From positions 1-64,000 of the forward strand of contig JBEKSD010000011.1 in the NCBI GenBank assembly GCA_049517335.1: 64,000 nucleotides of DNA. The letters run 5' to 3'. The notes under the pieces were generated by a model that did not search any database, had not been told where the DNA came from, and was given only the letters and a program-made list of their open reading frames with translations. This document shows, piece after piece, positions 26,067 to 34,649 of the stretch; within the stretch, counting starts at the first letter, position 1; every line of letters starts with the position of its first letter. The position numbers and the translations under genes were made by a program. The stretch comes from Candidatus Omnitrophota bacterium (GTDB lineage Bacteria > Omnitrophota > Gorgyraeia > Gygaellales > Profunditerraquicolaceae).

Positions 26067-28697
26067 ATGAAAAAGAAAATAACTCAAATATTTTCTCTTA
26101 TACTATGCCTCCTGTTTCTCTTTGAGCAAACAGGTCTCGCTCAGAATATAGCTGTTTTGGATGTTTCAAGCTATCTCGCTCAGCAGCATAATGCTATTGC
26201 TTTAAGCAATTTCCGGCCCCTGCATCTGCGTTATCTCAAGTTGAAGCCAAACGAAGATAATTTTAAGCTATTAATAGACAAAGGAAGCGCTAAAGACTTC
26301 ACCCAGGAAGATCTTCAAGATGGTTCTAAAGAGCTTTTAAAATACTTCCTTATTGGCCTGACTTTACCTAACAGCGCCTTCTGGGTAAACCTAAGGCCTG
26401 ACTCGCCAGAGCAGATTATTGATCCCCTGCTTGGAGAAACAGATATCGGAAGGATTCTTCTTGAAGCAGATTTAGAGTTAAAGAAAGACACCGCTCTTGC
26501 AACCTCACCAGCTACGCCAGAAGGAGCTGAATATTGGGATAAGCTCTACAAGAAAGCAGGAGAGCTCTTCGGCTCTGAAAACGTCACTATCCCTACCTTA
26601 ACCCGGCCCTGGATAGTTCCGGATGAGATAATCATCAGCGAAACCCCTGACTCAGCCTATATCCATAAGGCAACCTTAAAGGTAATGTTGGAACAGGATT
26701 ATTTAAAGAATGATTCCGTATATAACTTTAAAGATGACAGGCTAAAAGAGCTTAACGAATACTCATCTCAACTTATCCGAGAGTTGATTATCCCAAAGCT
26801 TAACCAGGAGATAAACACTTCCAAGAAATACGCCAGCTTAAGGCAGGTTTACTATTCTTTGATTCTTTCCCAGTGGTTTAAGGCACGCTTTGCCTATAAG
26901 CAGAATCCTTATTCTTATCTTATTGAATCAAGAAGCCTAGATGGACTTACATCCGTTGAGCCATATTCCAAGAATACCTATTTTAAGGCTTATCAGGAAT
27001 CTTTTAAGAATGGCGAATATAATTACAAAACCCCGGCCTACACTATTTTTGGTCAGAGTATTAGAAGTTATTTCTCAGGAGGAGCAGACCTTAATCTAGG
27101 AAACGCCATACCTGCGCAATTTGGCGGTATAGCTGGTACTAATGTCAACGGAACGCAGGCTTGTGTTATTGCTTCCAGTCGAGATGAATCTACCCTAAGA
27201 AACAATCCTTACCTACTCGCAGCCGAAGGAAAAATATCCTCGGGCGAGCTTGTTGTAAGAATAACAGGAGATACTCTATCTGATGAGGAAATTCAAAGGA
27301 GAGTCCAAGGCATAGAAGATGCGCATCAGGTTGAGCTGGATAACGATCATCGCCTAGGTGAAAGAAATCCAGATGGCACTTATCAAAAAGATGAAGATAA
27401 ACCATATTCATCTGTCGGCATACGCAAAAAATCAGAAATTTTGAAAGAAGCCGGATTTAACCAAGAACAGAGAAGAAATATTATGCAGTATGGGATGGCA
27501 GGCCAAAAGAGAGAACAGGCGCTCAATTATTTTGTCAGACTTAAGGAAGCAGTATTAAATTTTCTAAAACCAAAAAGTCTAAGTATGAAGAAAGGATTCG
27601 ATGGTTCAGATCATAAGCCAGCAGATATAAATAAAGTAAGAGCGCTTATTGAAGAACTAAATCGGCAGGGAAGCAGAATAAAATGGTCTGATTCGTATCT
27701 TAACTTTATTACAGAACAAGGAGGTTATTTAATCGCGGCTAATCTGGATGATACAGTAAGGCAGAATTACATTCGGAGAGACAAGCCCGATAAATATGGC
27801 ATCAGGGAGGCATTGACTTTATTGCATAAATTAAAACTCTTAGGTCACGGCACAGTAGGATTAAAAAATTTAGTGAAGGAAGAGGACTATTTTGATTGGC
27901 TATCCGCGTCAAACCTAGATGCAGATTCTATGCCGCCGAATCTTAAAGAGGCAGCGAATAATAAAGAATTTTTATGCGGCTTAGATTTTATCGGGGCGGT
28001 CTCACTGCTGAATGTAATTCTATCTGGTGAGATAAGAAATGCTTCGGTTCAACAATTTGCGGAAGAAGAATATGCATATCAGGGCGATGGTAAATTATAC
28101 TATCCAAATTTCTATGGACCTTTCTTTGTAATCTTAAAACCTGGTACAGAAAAATCGGAAGGTTTTTCCGATTTGAATGCAGACAATCAGATTATTTTCA
28201 AGAGTATTGGCAGCGAACTGCATTATTTATATCTACTGCCGAGAGATGATGATAAAGAATTTTTTACTAAAGCAATTGGTGAAGCTGTTAAGGAGGGTTT
28301 AATAACAGAAGAAAAAGCTCGTGAGGCATTGTCGAAATTAAAAACAGTGGCTGAGTTTATAAGGGATAACAGAACAGGAGACCCTAAGACGCAACAAAAT
28401 GTCCCCGCGGGAGAAACTGGCAGAACAGTGAGTTCGCTAAGGCAAGAATTTGAGTACCACAGGTTTCAACCAATTGAGGATAATTTTAAGAATGCAGCTT
28501 GGGGAGGAAGGTTGGCGACTTGGTTCAATGCAACCAGAAAAATAATAGCAGCAAACTATCAAAAAATAATAGTTTATTATCCGGGTGCTGCCAATGATTT
28601 ATTATATGCCTTACTTGCAACGGATGGCGATACGTTTATTTTCATTGATAAAGCAAGCCCCTCGGGTAGACACAAGGAAGAGGTAAGTATTATTTAA
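26067..28697 (+). CDS. Large exported protein with FWVNL domain and variable central domains; probably frameshifted and continued in 28769-29476
   Basis: MKKK signal peptide; AFWVNLRPD...TDIGRILL...YFSGGADL; ends inside a methyltransferase-like motif YYPGAAND...IFID. Confidence 0.75.
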   Translation: MKKKITQIFSLILCLLFLFEQTGLAQNIAVLDVSSYLAQQHNAIALSNFRPLHLRYLKLKPNEDNFKLLIDKGSAKDFTQEDLQDGSKELLKYFLIGLTLPNSAFWVNLRPDSPEQIIDPLLGETDIGRILLEADLELKKDTALATSPATPEGAEYWDKLYKKAGELFGSENVTIPTLTRPWIVPDEIIISETPDSAYIHKATLKVMLEQDYLKNDSVYNFKDDRLKELNEYSSQLIRELIIPKLNQEINTSKKYASLRQVYYSLILSQWFKARFAYKQNPYSYLIESRSLDGLTSVEPYSKNTYFKAYQESFKNGEYNYKTPAYTIFGQSIRSYFSGGADLNLGNAIPAQFGGIAGTNVNGTQACVIASSRDESTLRNNPYLLAAEGKISSGELVVRITGDTLSDEEIQRRVQGIEDAHQVELDNDHRLGERNPDGTYQKDEDKPYSSVGIRKKSEILKEAGFNQEQRRNIMQYGMAGQKREQALNYFVRLKEAVLNFLKPKSLSMKKGFDGSDHKPADINKVRALIEELNRQGSRIKWSDSYLNFITEQGGYLIAANLDDTVRQNYIRRDKPDKYGIREALTLLHKLKLLGHGTVGLKNLVKEEDYFDWLSASNLDADSMPPNLKEAANNKEFLCGLDFIGAVSLLNVILSGEIRNASVQQFAEEEYAYQGDGKLYYPNFYGPFFVILKPGTEKSEGFSDLNADNQIIFKSIGSELHYLYLLPRDDDKEFFTKAIGEAVKEGLITEEKAREALSKLKTVAEFIRDNRTGDPKTQQNVPAGETGRTVSSLRQEFEYHRFQPIEDNFKNAAWGGRLATWFNATRKIIAANYQKIIVYYPGAANDLLYALLATDGDTFIFIDKASPSGRHKEEVSII

Positions 28698-28768
28698 GAT
28701 TCCGGATTTTCGGTAAAGAGCGAGAACTGTATTATTACTTTGGGGTTGACGCCGGAAAAGAGGAGCAG

Positions 28769-29476
28769 TTGCCAGATATCCTTAAAGAGGGCTATAATGT
28801 TTATATTGAAAAACGTTTTGTCAATGGCTATGGTGGATTTCTTGGCGATCTTACTGATTTGTGGAGAATTAATTTAAAATATCTGGCTCCGGGAGGATTT
28901 ACTATAACAGACTATTCTGTAAGAAGCGCTGTGTCCAAAACAGAATTGTATCAAATAGGATATACGAGACATTCAGATAAATATAATGACTGGGCTGCAG
29001 ATATACACAGCATACATTCGTTATATTTTAACATTTACTTTCCGACTTCTACTAATCCATCTTCAAGTCTGACATCGGAACCTCGTATACCTAGCACTCC
29101 GGGTGGTATAGACTTTCGCACTCTACCAATAGTCGATCAGGCAGCAAACAACTTAAGCGTAACTATGAAATATTCAAATATGAATAGACTTACCAATGTC
29201 AATCTTGATGAGGAGTGGAGGGAAATAGAAAGGTTAGTTTCTTCAGGCATCACGCCTTCAACGGAAAGACTTGAAAACTATCTGCAGGCCTCTAGCGCTA
29301 AAGGAGAAATAGAAAGGAATAAAGAAAAGGTGATTAATTGTATTTCAGATCTTTTCCGCCAAGAAGAAGAGAAGTGTTGTCCTGCCGAACCAACCTTAAA
29401 AAATATCCTTGTAGTACTTGAAGCAAATCCCTCTACGTTGGAATTAAGTAAAATATTTCTAGGTGACCTTCCCTAA
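28769..29476 (+). pseudogene. Probable C-terminal fragment of the 26067 gene (PGGIDF motif)
   Basis: TTG start in a different frame 71 nt after the stop; contains TPGGIDFRTLP. Confidence 0.55.
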
Positions 29477-29481
29477 AATAA

Positions 29482-29766
29482 CTATAGCTGATAGAACTTC
29501 CTCAATTCCTTGGCCGCAAGTGACGCCTTAAGGGAATTCTGAATGACTTTCGTAAAGGCTTCTTTACGTTTCTCCTCAGTATCCAATATTCCATTCTGAA
29601 GATTTTCAAGCACTAACAGGGCTCTGTGCAGATAACCGTTTACAGCATGGTTAATACACCTTAGTGTCTCGCCTATGTTGTTGGCTTCCGTAAGCCTTTT
29701 TATCTCGTCAAAAACTTTCTTATCATTATCGTCCAATTTTATATTATTAAAATCAAGCTCTTCCAT
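29482..29766 (-). CDS. Small helical protein, HisKA-like
   Basis: LRCINHAVNGYL resembles an H-box; RBS GAGGTG. Confidence 0.55.
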   Translation of the reverse strand: MEELDFNNIKLDDNDKKVFDEIKRLTEANNIGETLRCINHAVNGYLHRALLVLENLQNGILDTEEKRKEAFTKVIQNSLKASLAAKELRKFYQL

Positions 29767-29828
29767 GATTCACCTCTCTTTTAGAAACCTGTCAAGGTAA
29801 TTTTCAATCTTTTTTTAAAAATCCCGAA

Positions 29829-29919
29829 TGTGCGAAAGTGCTACATTCCGGGAATATGATTAGCATAAGCAATGTGCGTTTTCGCTCAAAAAGCGCTTTC
29901 TTTGTAGCAAAACCGCACA
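29829..29919. promoter_or_regulatory. Cluster of 17-bp TGTGCG-N4-TGCTACA-type sites
   Basis: 29829-29845, 29873-29889 (degenerate), 29903-29919; the last is identical to 30806-30822. Confidence 0.55.
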
Positions 29920-29989
29920 CAGGCATTTTTGGCTGATTTTGCCTGAATCCGGTTAAACCAAAAACCCATGTTATACTATATCAAAAGTT

Positions 29990-30565
29990 TCAAAGAGCCG
30001 GCTTTTTGATATAGAGCTTTTTCATCCAGCGGTCCAGGCACCAGCGCGTGATATTAAGATCTCCTGAAGTTTTTTCCAGGTGCCAGTCATTCTGCCTTAA
30101 TGCCTTAAAGATAATTTCTTTAGAGACCTGGTATAAAGCTCTTCTTAGATCAAGGCCCTTTACTCTTACGGTGGTTATTTCGATATCATCTATTGCGCGT
30201 TTAATAAATTCTTTTACTTTGTGAAAGTCGCATGGTTTTTGGAATACATGATAAGCGCCCAGGCGGATGAATTCATCTTGGTTGTATTCATCCATGTAAG
30301 CTGAAATAATGATGACATGGATATCGGGGAATTTCTTTTTGATGAGCTGGAGAACTTCGGCGCCGGTTAATTTAGGCATCTTGATATCCAGGAGCACTAC
30401 GTCATAGTGCTTGTTCTTCTTGCTAAGGCAGGGAATGACCTGTGAGCTGTCGGAACAGATGTCTATTTCAAGATCGACCTCTGTCTCATGCTCGAGGTTC
30501 TCTTTGGCATCCTGCGCAAGGGTCGTATCATCGTCAACTATGAGAATTCCATATTTAGGTTTCAT
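29990..30565 (-). CDS. Response regulator with Fis-type HTH
   Basis: IVDDD, LLDIKMP, FQKP plus ALRQNDWHLEKTSGDLNITR; ATG 30565 follows AAAGGAG. Confidence 0.88.
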   Translation of the reverse strand: MKPKYGILIVDDDTTLAQDAKENLEHETEVDLEIDICSDSSQVIPCLSKKNKHYDVVLLDIKMPKLTGAEVLQLIKKKFPDIHVIIISAYMDEYNQDEFIRLGAYHVFQKPCDFHKVKEFIKRAIDDIEITTVRVKGLDLRRALYQVSKEIIFKALRQNDWHLEKTSGDLNITRWCLDRWMKKLYIKKPAL

Positions 30566-30585
30566 TAGAGCTCCTTTAATAAAGA

Positions 30586-30626
30586 CAAAAAATCCCCATT
30601 CTACTTCTTTTTTCAGAAGAATGGGG
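30586..30626 (-). terminator. Terminator in the riboswitch expression platform
   Basis: CCCCATTCT...AGAATGGGG followed by ATTTTTT on the minus strand. Confidence 0.75.
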
Positions 30627-30647
30627 CATAAAGAAAAAAAGTTTAAC

Positions 30648-30740
30648 TTCGGCAACTGACTGCCTTATTCCGAATCTTACCGGAAGTTAGGCTCTATAGC
30701 TTTGCGCCCCATTCTTTCGAATGGTTTGCTATTATCGACT
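30648..30740 (-). ncRNA. c-di-GMP-I (GEMM-I) riboswitch, A20 variant
   Basis: Minus strand GATAATAGCAAACCATTCGAAAGAATGGGGCGCAAAGC...CCTAA...AAGGCAGTCAGTTGCCGA fits GEMM-I P2 (GAAA tetraloop), GCAAAG junction and P3. Confidence 0.9.
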
Positions 30741-30785
30741 TAAACTTTTATTCTGACCTATTTCTACTTAAAGTATACCATAAAA

Positions 30786-30822
30786 TGTGCGAAATAACAA
30801 CGTCATGTAGCAAAACCGCACA
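30786..30822. promoter_or_regulatory. Paired TGT-N11-ACA-type regulator sites
   Basis: TGTGCGAAATAACAACG (degenerate) and TGTAGCAAAACCGCACA between divergent units. Confidence 0.5.
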
Positions 30823-30872
30823 TTGTTTAATATGCCGCAAAATAAGCGGTTAGGAGAGGCTTAAGCAAATAA

Positions 30873-31055
30873 ATGGATAGACTGCACGAATATATGCTTT
30901 CTTTGGTTAAGGAGCGATTCTTTGGCACCGTTAAGATAACGTTTGAAAACGGTCTTCCGATTGCCATGAAGGAGGAAAAATCTATTGATACCGCGCCTTT
31001 TAGAGAAGATATCAAAGAAGGCGTAAAGAAGGGATCCGTTGAAAGGGATAAGTAG
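30873..31055 (+). CDS. Small YezD/DUF2292-like protein
   Basis: 60 aa; FFGTVKITFENG matches the family-like FGxVxIxxxxG pattern. Confidence 0.55.
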   Translation: MDRLHEYMLSLVKERFFGTVKITFENGLPIAMKEEKSIDTAPFREDIKEGVKKGSVERDK

Positions 31056-31074
31056 AGCTATTCTAGGAAAAAAC

Positions 31075-31102
31075 TTGACAAGCCGGTTTTATAGTGTATA
31101 TT
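31075..31102 (+). promoter_or_regulatory. Sigma70-type promoter
   Basis: TTGACA-16 bp-TATATT. Confidence 0.55.
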
Positions 31103-31155
31103 AATAATTGACAATTTGGTTTAAGAATTAAAACAGTCCTATTGGAAGAACCAGG

Positions 31156-31202
31156 GGGCTGGTGTTTCTGAGGAAACTCTCAGGAATGCCAGCCCTTTTT
31201 TT
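31156..31202 (+). terminator. Leader terminator before the replication gene
   Basis: GGGCTGGTGTTTCTGAG...CTCAGGAATGCCAGCCC plus long T-tract. Confidence 0.75.
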
Positions 31203-31213
31203 ATTGCCTTTTT

Positions 31214-31576
31214 ATGACACAGACTATTTTTCAGATTACTGGTGGTTATACAAAGATTCCCAACAGCATATTACGGGCAATCTACAGGTCACCCTTTAAT
31301 GGCACCGAGATCCGGGTTATTCTTTTTGTAATCAGAATGACCAGCGGCTGGCATAAGGAAAATAAGCTCCTTAGTTACGGCTACATCGCGAAAGAAGCAA
31401 ACCTTGATAAACGTAATGTCAGAAGGGCAATCAACATACTTATCCAGTCCAAGGTTATTATAAAAAGTAAAGACGGCCGTAAAAACAAACTCGCTATAAA
31501 TCACAATTATACAACCTGGCAGTTATGCACAGGTTGTAATATCGAAGGGGCTAAATTACCCCTACATAAGGGGTGA
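31214..31576 (+). CDS. Phage replication initiator O-like N-terminal domain (short or truncated)
   Basis: GGYTKIPNSIL...EIRVILFVIRMTSGWHK...SYGYIAKEANL; ends inside the iterons. Confidence 0.75.
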   Translation: MTQTIFQITGGYTKIPNSILRAIYRSPFNGTEIRVILFVIRMTSGWHKENKLLSYGYIAKEANLDKRNVRRAINILIQSKVIIKSKDGRKNKLAINHNYTTWQLCTGCNIEGAKLPLHKG

Positions 31577-31677
31577 ATTAGCCCCTATTTTTGGGGGCCA
31601 ACTAACCCCTGTAAAGAATTAAAGAAATAATTAAAGAAATAGTAGTAAAGAAATGTGGCTGTGAATTCTGTGGATAA
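31523..31677. repeat. Putative replication origin: three iterons, A-rich repeats, two DnaA boxes
   Basis: GGGG-N8-CCCCT at 31546, 31569, 31593; AAAGAAAT repeats; TTATGCACA 31523 and TGTGGATAA 31669. Confidence 0.7.
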
Positions 31678-31740
31678 GTCCAAAATCTGTTTTTTAAGAA
31701 TTACATTGTAAGACTAAATTTGTTAAGAGGAAATCTTAAA

Positions 31741-31983
31741 ATGGATTCGCATAAAATAAAGCAGAAAAAACGTGCTGGGAAAGTGATTCGAGCTTTTAAG
31801 GTCGAAATCTGTGATGCTAGCTCTAATCCTGAGCTGTATGCTAATCCAAGCAATCCCTACGCTCAATTGTCAGATGAGGAGAGGCTGAAAGATTTTGTTG
31901 AGGTTTTTGGTTTGCTTTGGGGAGAGTCATGCCGGGAAACCAGTAAAGACGTCTATGGAAATAAAAAAGATTGCAATAAGTAA
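31741..31983 (+). CDS. Hypothetical protein upstream of the recombinase
   Basis: ORF with GAGGA RBS; no motif recognised. Confidence 0.5.
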   Translation: MDSHKIKQKKRAGKVIRAFKVEICDASSNPELYANPSNPYAQLSDEERLKDFVEVFGLLWGESCRETSKDVYGNKKDCNK

Positions 31984-32024
31984 TATTAGTGATATAGTAT
32001 TACCCATACGAAAGTAGAGGGTAT

Positions 32025-33881
32025 ATGGATAATAAAGTTTCTTGGAAAAAAGTCACAACCGTTTATAGTTTTAAGGATTCAAAGACTGTCCGCGTTTTTG
32101 GTGTCGTCCGCGTATCGACAGATAAGCAGGCGCAGAAAATAGGCGAATCATTAGATCATCAGAAAGAAGTCCTTAAAAATTGGGTGAGGTCTAAATCAAG
32201 CCTGCACGCTCCCCAAGAATGGGGGCTTGTTGATATTTTTGTAGAAAATGAGGGTCCGGACGGCCAGAGAAAAGGACGGACTGCAACAAAGCGGGAAGGA
32301 AGAAGGGGATTAGCCAAAGCTCTTGAGCTTGCTAAATTAAAGCTTATTGACGTCGTTGTTGTAACAAAGCTGGATCGGATAGCTAGGAATGTAAGAGATT
32401 ACATAGACATATCAGCAGAATTCAATGAGAGCGGCGTGGCGCTTGTCTGTTTAGATCTTGACATTGATACTTCAACGCCTGATGGACAGATGATAATGCG
32501 TAATCACGCTAATCTTGCTCAATGGCAAGCGGAACGAATAGGGCAATATAGCATAGAAACCGTCCTAAGGCATCTTAACCAAGGGCGCCCGATAGGTCCA
32601 CCACCCATCGGTTACCGGATAAGCAAAGACTCTAATGGCAAGACTACTTATGAACCAGATCCTGCTTATAGGAAGCACGTTGAATTTATTGATCAACTAT
32701 ATTTGAGAGTGAAAAGTGTTGGAAAAGTTGTCGATATCTTACACCAAAAGGGATATAAATCTAAGCGTAACAAGACGTATTCAAAGCCTATGGTATCTCG
32801 TATTCTCCAGAATATCCGCTATATTGCAAAGCAAGAACATGATGGAAAAATTTATGCCGGGAATTGGGAACCATTAAGAAGTGAAGACGTTTATAAAACG
32901 ATTCAGGCTACTTTCAAGAGAAATAGGCTGAGTAATCACAGTCCAAATAGCTCAAATCATCACTACGTCTACCTTGCTAAAAGCCTACTTAAATGCAGCA
33001 GTTGCGGTTCAACCATGATCACAAGACCAGCTACCGGTAGAGGCGGGAAATATTATCCCTATTATATGTGTATGAAAGCATTTAAGACTAATGGCATTGA
33101 TTGCGAAGAAACCAATTATTTAGCATCAGAAGCTGTGGACGATGCGATTATTGAGATTTTACGGCATTTACATTTAAATCCTGATAATGTTGCTGAGATT
33201 ATAAAAAAAGCTAACCAGGCGACTGCATCAACGATAGGGATTTTGGAGGATGATTTGGATAGGGTCCAAGCAAGCTTAAAAGATGTCCGCACCAAAATTG
33301 CCAATTTAGTCGAGATACTCTCAGATAAGGGAATGGCAGGGATTGATGCAGTTAAGGAAAGGCTGGGAACCCTAAATCAAGACGAATCAGAGCTTGTCCT
33401 TGAAGAAAACAGACTGAAGTCAGAAGTTCAGGCAGAGAAGGTACAGGCTGGGACAGCTCATGAGTATATCAAGACATTACAGTTATTTGAAGATTACTAT
33501 GTGATGAATCAAAATAATAGGGAGCGTCTCCAGGCAATTCTTCCTAGAATAGTTAATTCAGTTATCTGTGAAATTAATGACAGGAAAAAGGGTATGGGCA
33601 AACTTAAGATTGGCTTATTCGGACGGCCTTTTAATAGAGGTCAGAACGCTGAGATATGGAATAAAACATTACAAAAAATAGCCGATGAGTGTTATAATAA
33701 TAAAGTTTTTGAAGAAGCTAATGGTAAGTTCGGAACAAAAGCTTATAAAGAGAGAAATCCTTCTTCAGGCGCAGGAGTTCTCGTTAATTCAGATAAACGG
33801 TATTATAATGTTTGTGGTTCGCAGAGGGTAACTTCTGTGACCCCAGTATCTCCTATCTCTATGTGGCACAATGAGTTATAA
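32025..33881 (+). CDS. Large serine recombinase (integrase)
   Basis: RVSTDKQ catalytic Ser, KLDRIARN, recombinase domain, zinc ribbon CSSCG...YYMC...C, coiled coil; 618 aa. Confidence 0.93.
   Translation: MDNKVSWKKVTTVYSFKDSKTVRVFGVVRVSTDKQAQKIGESLDHQKEVLKNWVRSKSSLHAPQEWGLVDIFVENEGPDGQRKGRTATKREGRRGLAKALELAKLKLIDVVVVTKLDRIARNVRDYIDISAEFNESGVALVCLDLDIDTSTPDGQMIMRNHANLAQWQAERIGQYSIETVLRHLNQGRPIGPPPIGYRISKDSNGKTTYEPDPAYRKHVEFIDQLYLRVKSVGKVVDILHQKGYKSKRNKTYSKPMVSRILQNIRYIAKQEHDGKIYAGNWEPLRSEDVYKTIQATFKRNRLSNHSPNSSNHHYVYLAKSLLKCSSCGSTMITRPATGRGGKYYPYYMCMKAFKTNGIDCEETNYLASEAVDDAIIEILRHLHLNPDNVAEIIKKANQATASTIGILEDDLDRVQASLKDVRTKIANLVEILSDKGMAGIDAVKERLGTLNQDESELVLEENRLKSEVQAEKVQAGTAHEYIKTLQLFEDYYVMNQNNRERLQAILPRIVNSVICEINDRKKGMGKLKIGLFGRPFNRGQNAEIWNKTLQKIADECYNNKVFEEANGKFGTKAYKERNPSSGAGVLVNSDKRYYNVCGSQRVTSVTPVSPISMWHNEL
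33816..33848 (+). repeat. Repeat site A (att-like), inside the LSR 3' end
   Basis: GGTTCGCAGAGG-GTAA-CTTCTGTGACC-CCAGTA; same ends and downstream context as sites B and C. Confidence 0.65.
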
Positions 33882-33887
33882 TAAGTA

Positions 33888-33945
33888 TCCGACGGAGAAA
33901 TCTGTCGGAGATTTTTTATGTAGCGATGTCCCTAGGAGTTAGGGC
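33888..33945 (+). terminator. Terminator followed by conserved GCGATGTCCCTAGGAGTTAGGG box
   Basis: TCCGACGGA-GAAA-TCTGTCGGA plus T-tract; box recurs at 43708 and 46499. Confidence 0.7.
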
Positions 33946-34154
33946 GTTATTTCCGTCGGAGAATTTCGCAATATTTTAAAACAAGATCTCCGTCGGAGGA
34001 GACAGGAATATTAAGTGCCAATTTTAAAAAAATAGCGCAATTCCTCTCGTAGTTTATGGGCGCTAGTTTATGGCTATTTCGCGATATTGCCGAATATTGG
34101 CACATCTAAATATGCCATAAACTAGGGAATAGGCCAGTTTTTCGAGGATAAACT

Positions 34155-34205
34155 AGAGAGGTTTCCTGCCGCGCAATATTTATGGGCGTCCTCACGGGAG
34201 TTACC
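34155..34205 (+). repeat. Variant att-like site (family 2)
   Basis: AGAGAGGTTTCC...ATATTTATGGGCGTCCTCACGGG; homolog at 45311-45360. Confidence 0.5.
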
Positions 34206-34229
34206 TTTAACTTGATAGAGTTAATAATC

Positions 34230-34257
34230 TTGACAAGCGTTTTTTTGATACTATAAT
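34230..34257 (+). promoter_or_regulatory. Sigma70 promoter
   Basis: TTGACA-16 bp-TATAAT. Confidence 0.8.
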
Positions 34258-34325
34258 TATTCATCATACTAATATTCAGATATAAAAATATATATGAAAA
34301 AATATAATTTTTTAGGAAGAACCCC

Positions 34326-34649
34326 ATGAATAAGGCGAACAGTTTAATTGAGCGGATCAAGGTTGGGCTGGTGATTGGGCTATTGGCGGCCTTGACCGGA
34401 TGTGCGGGGTACTGGACTGAAGGTTATTACGGAGACACGATGATGGTATCGGGTCCGGAACCTGATATGTTTCTTTTCGGAGGCGACTATTACGGGAGGG
34501 GCGATGCGCATAATTATAGCCATCGTGGATCTGAAAGTCGCAGGGTAGCGCATCCCAGTAGTAGACAAAATCATGGAGTAGTGCATTCCAGTACTGTACA
34601 AAGTCACGGAACGGCGCATCCTAGTGGCGAGCAAAGGGGAAAGCGATGA
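34326..34649 (+). CDS. Putative lipoprotein
   Basis: Lipobox LTGC; His/Ser/Arg-rich tail. Confidence 0.65.
   Translation: MNKANSLIERIKVGLVIGLLAALTGCAGYWTEGYYGDTMMVSGPEPDMFLFGGDYYGRGDAHNYSHRGSESRRVAHPSSRQNHGVVHSSTVQSHGTAHPSGEQRGKR

Noticed and set aside
30566-30655. N-terminal extension of the receiver-Fis ORF
   Set aside because: It overlaps the riboswitch and terminator; ATG 30565 has the RBS
33800-33900. tRNA at the integrase end (GGTTCG)
   Set aside because: No cloverleaf or proper T-arm on either strand
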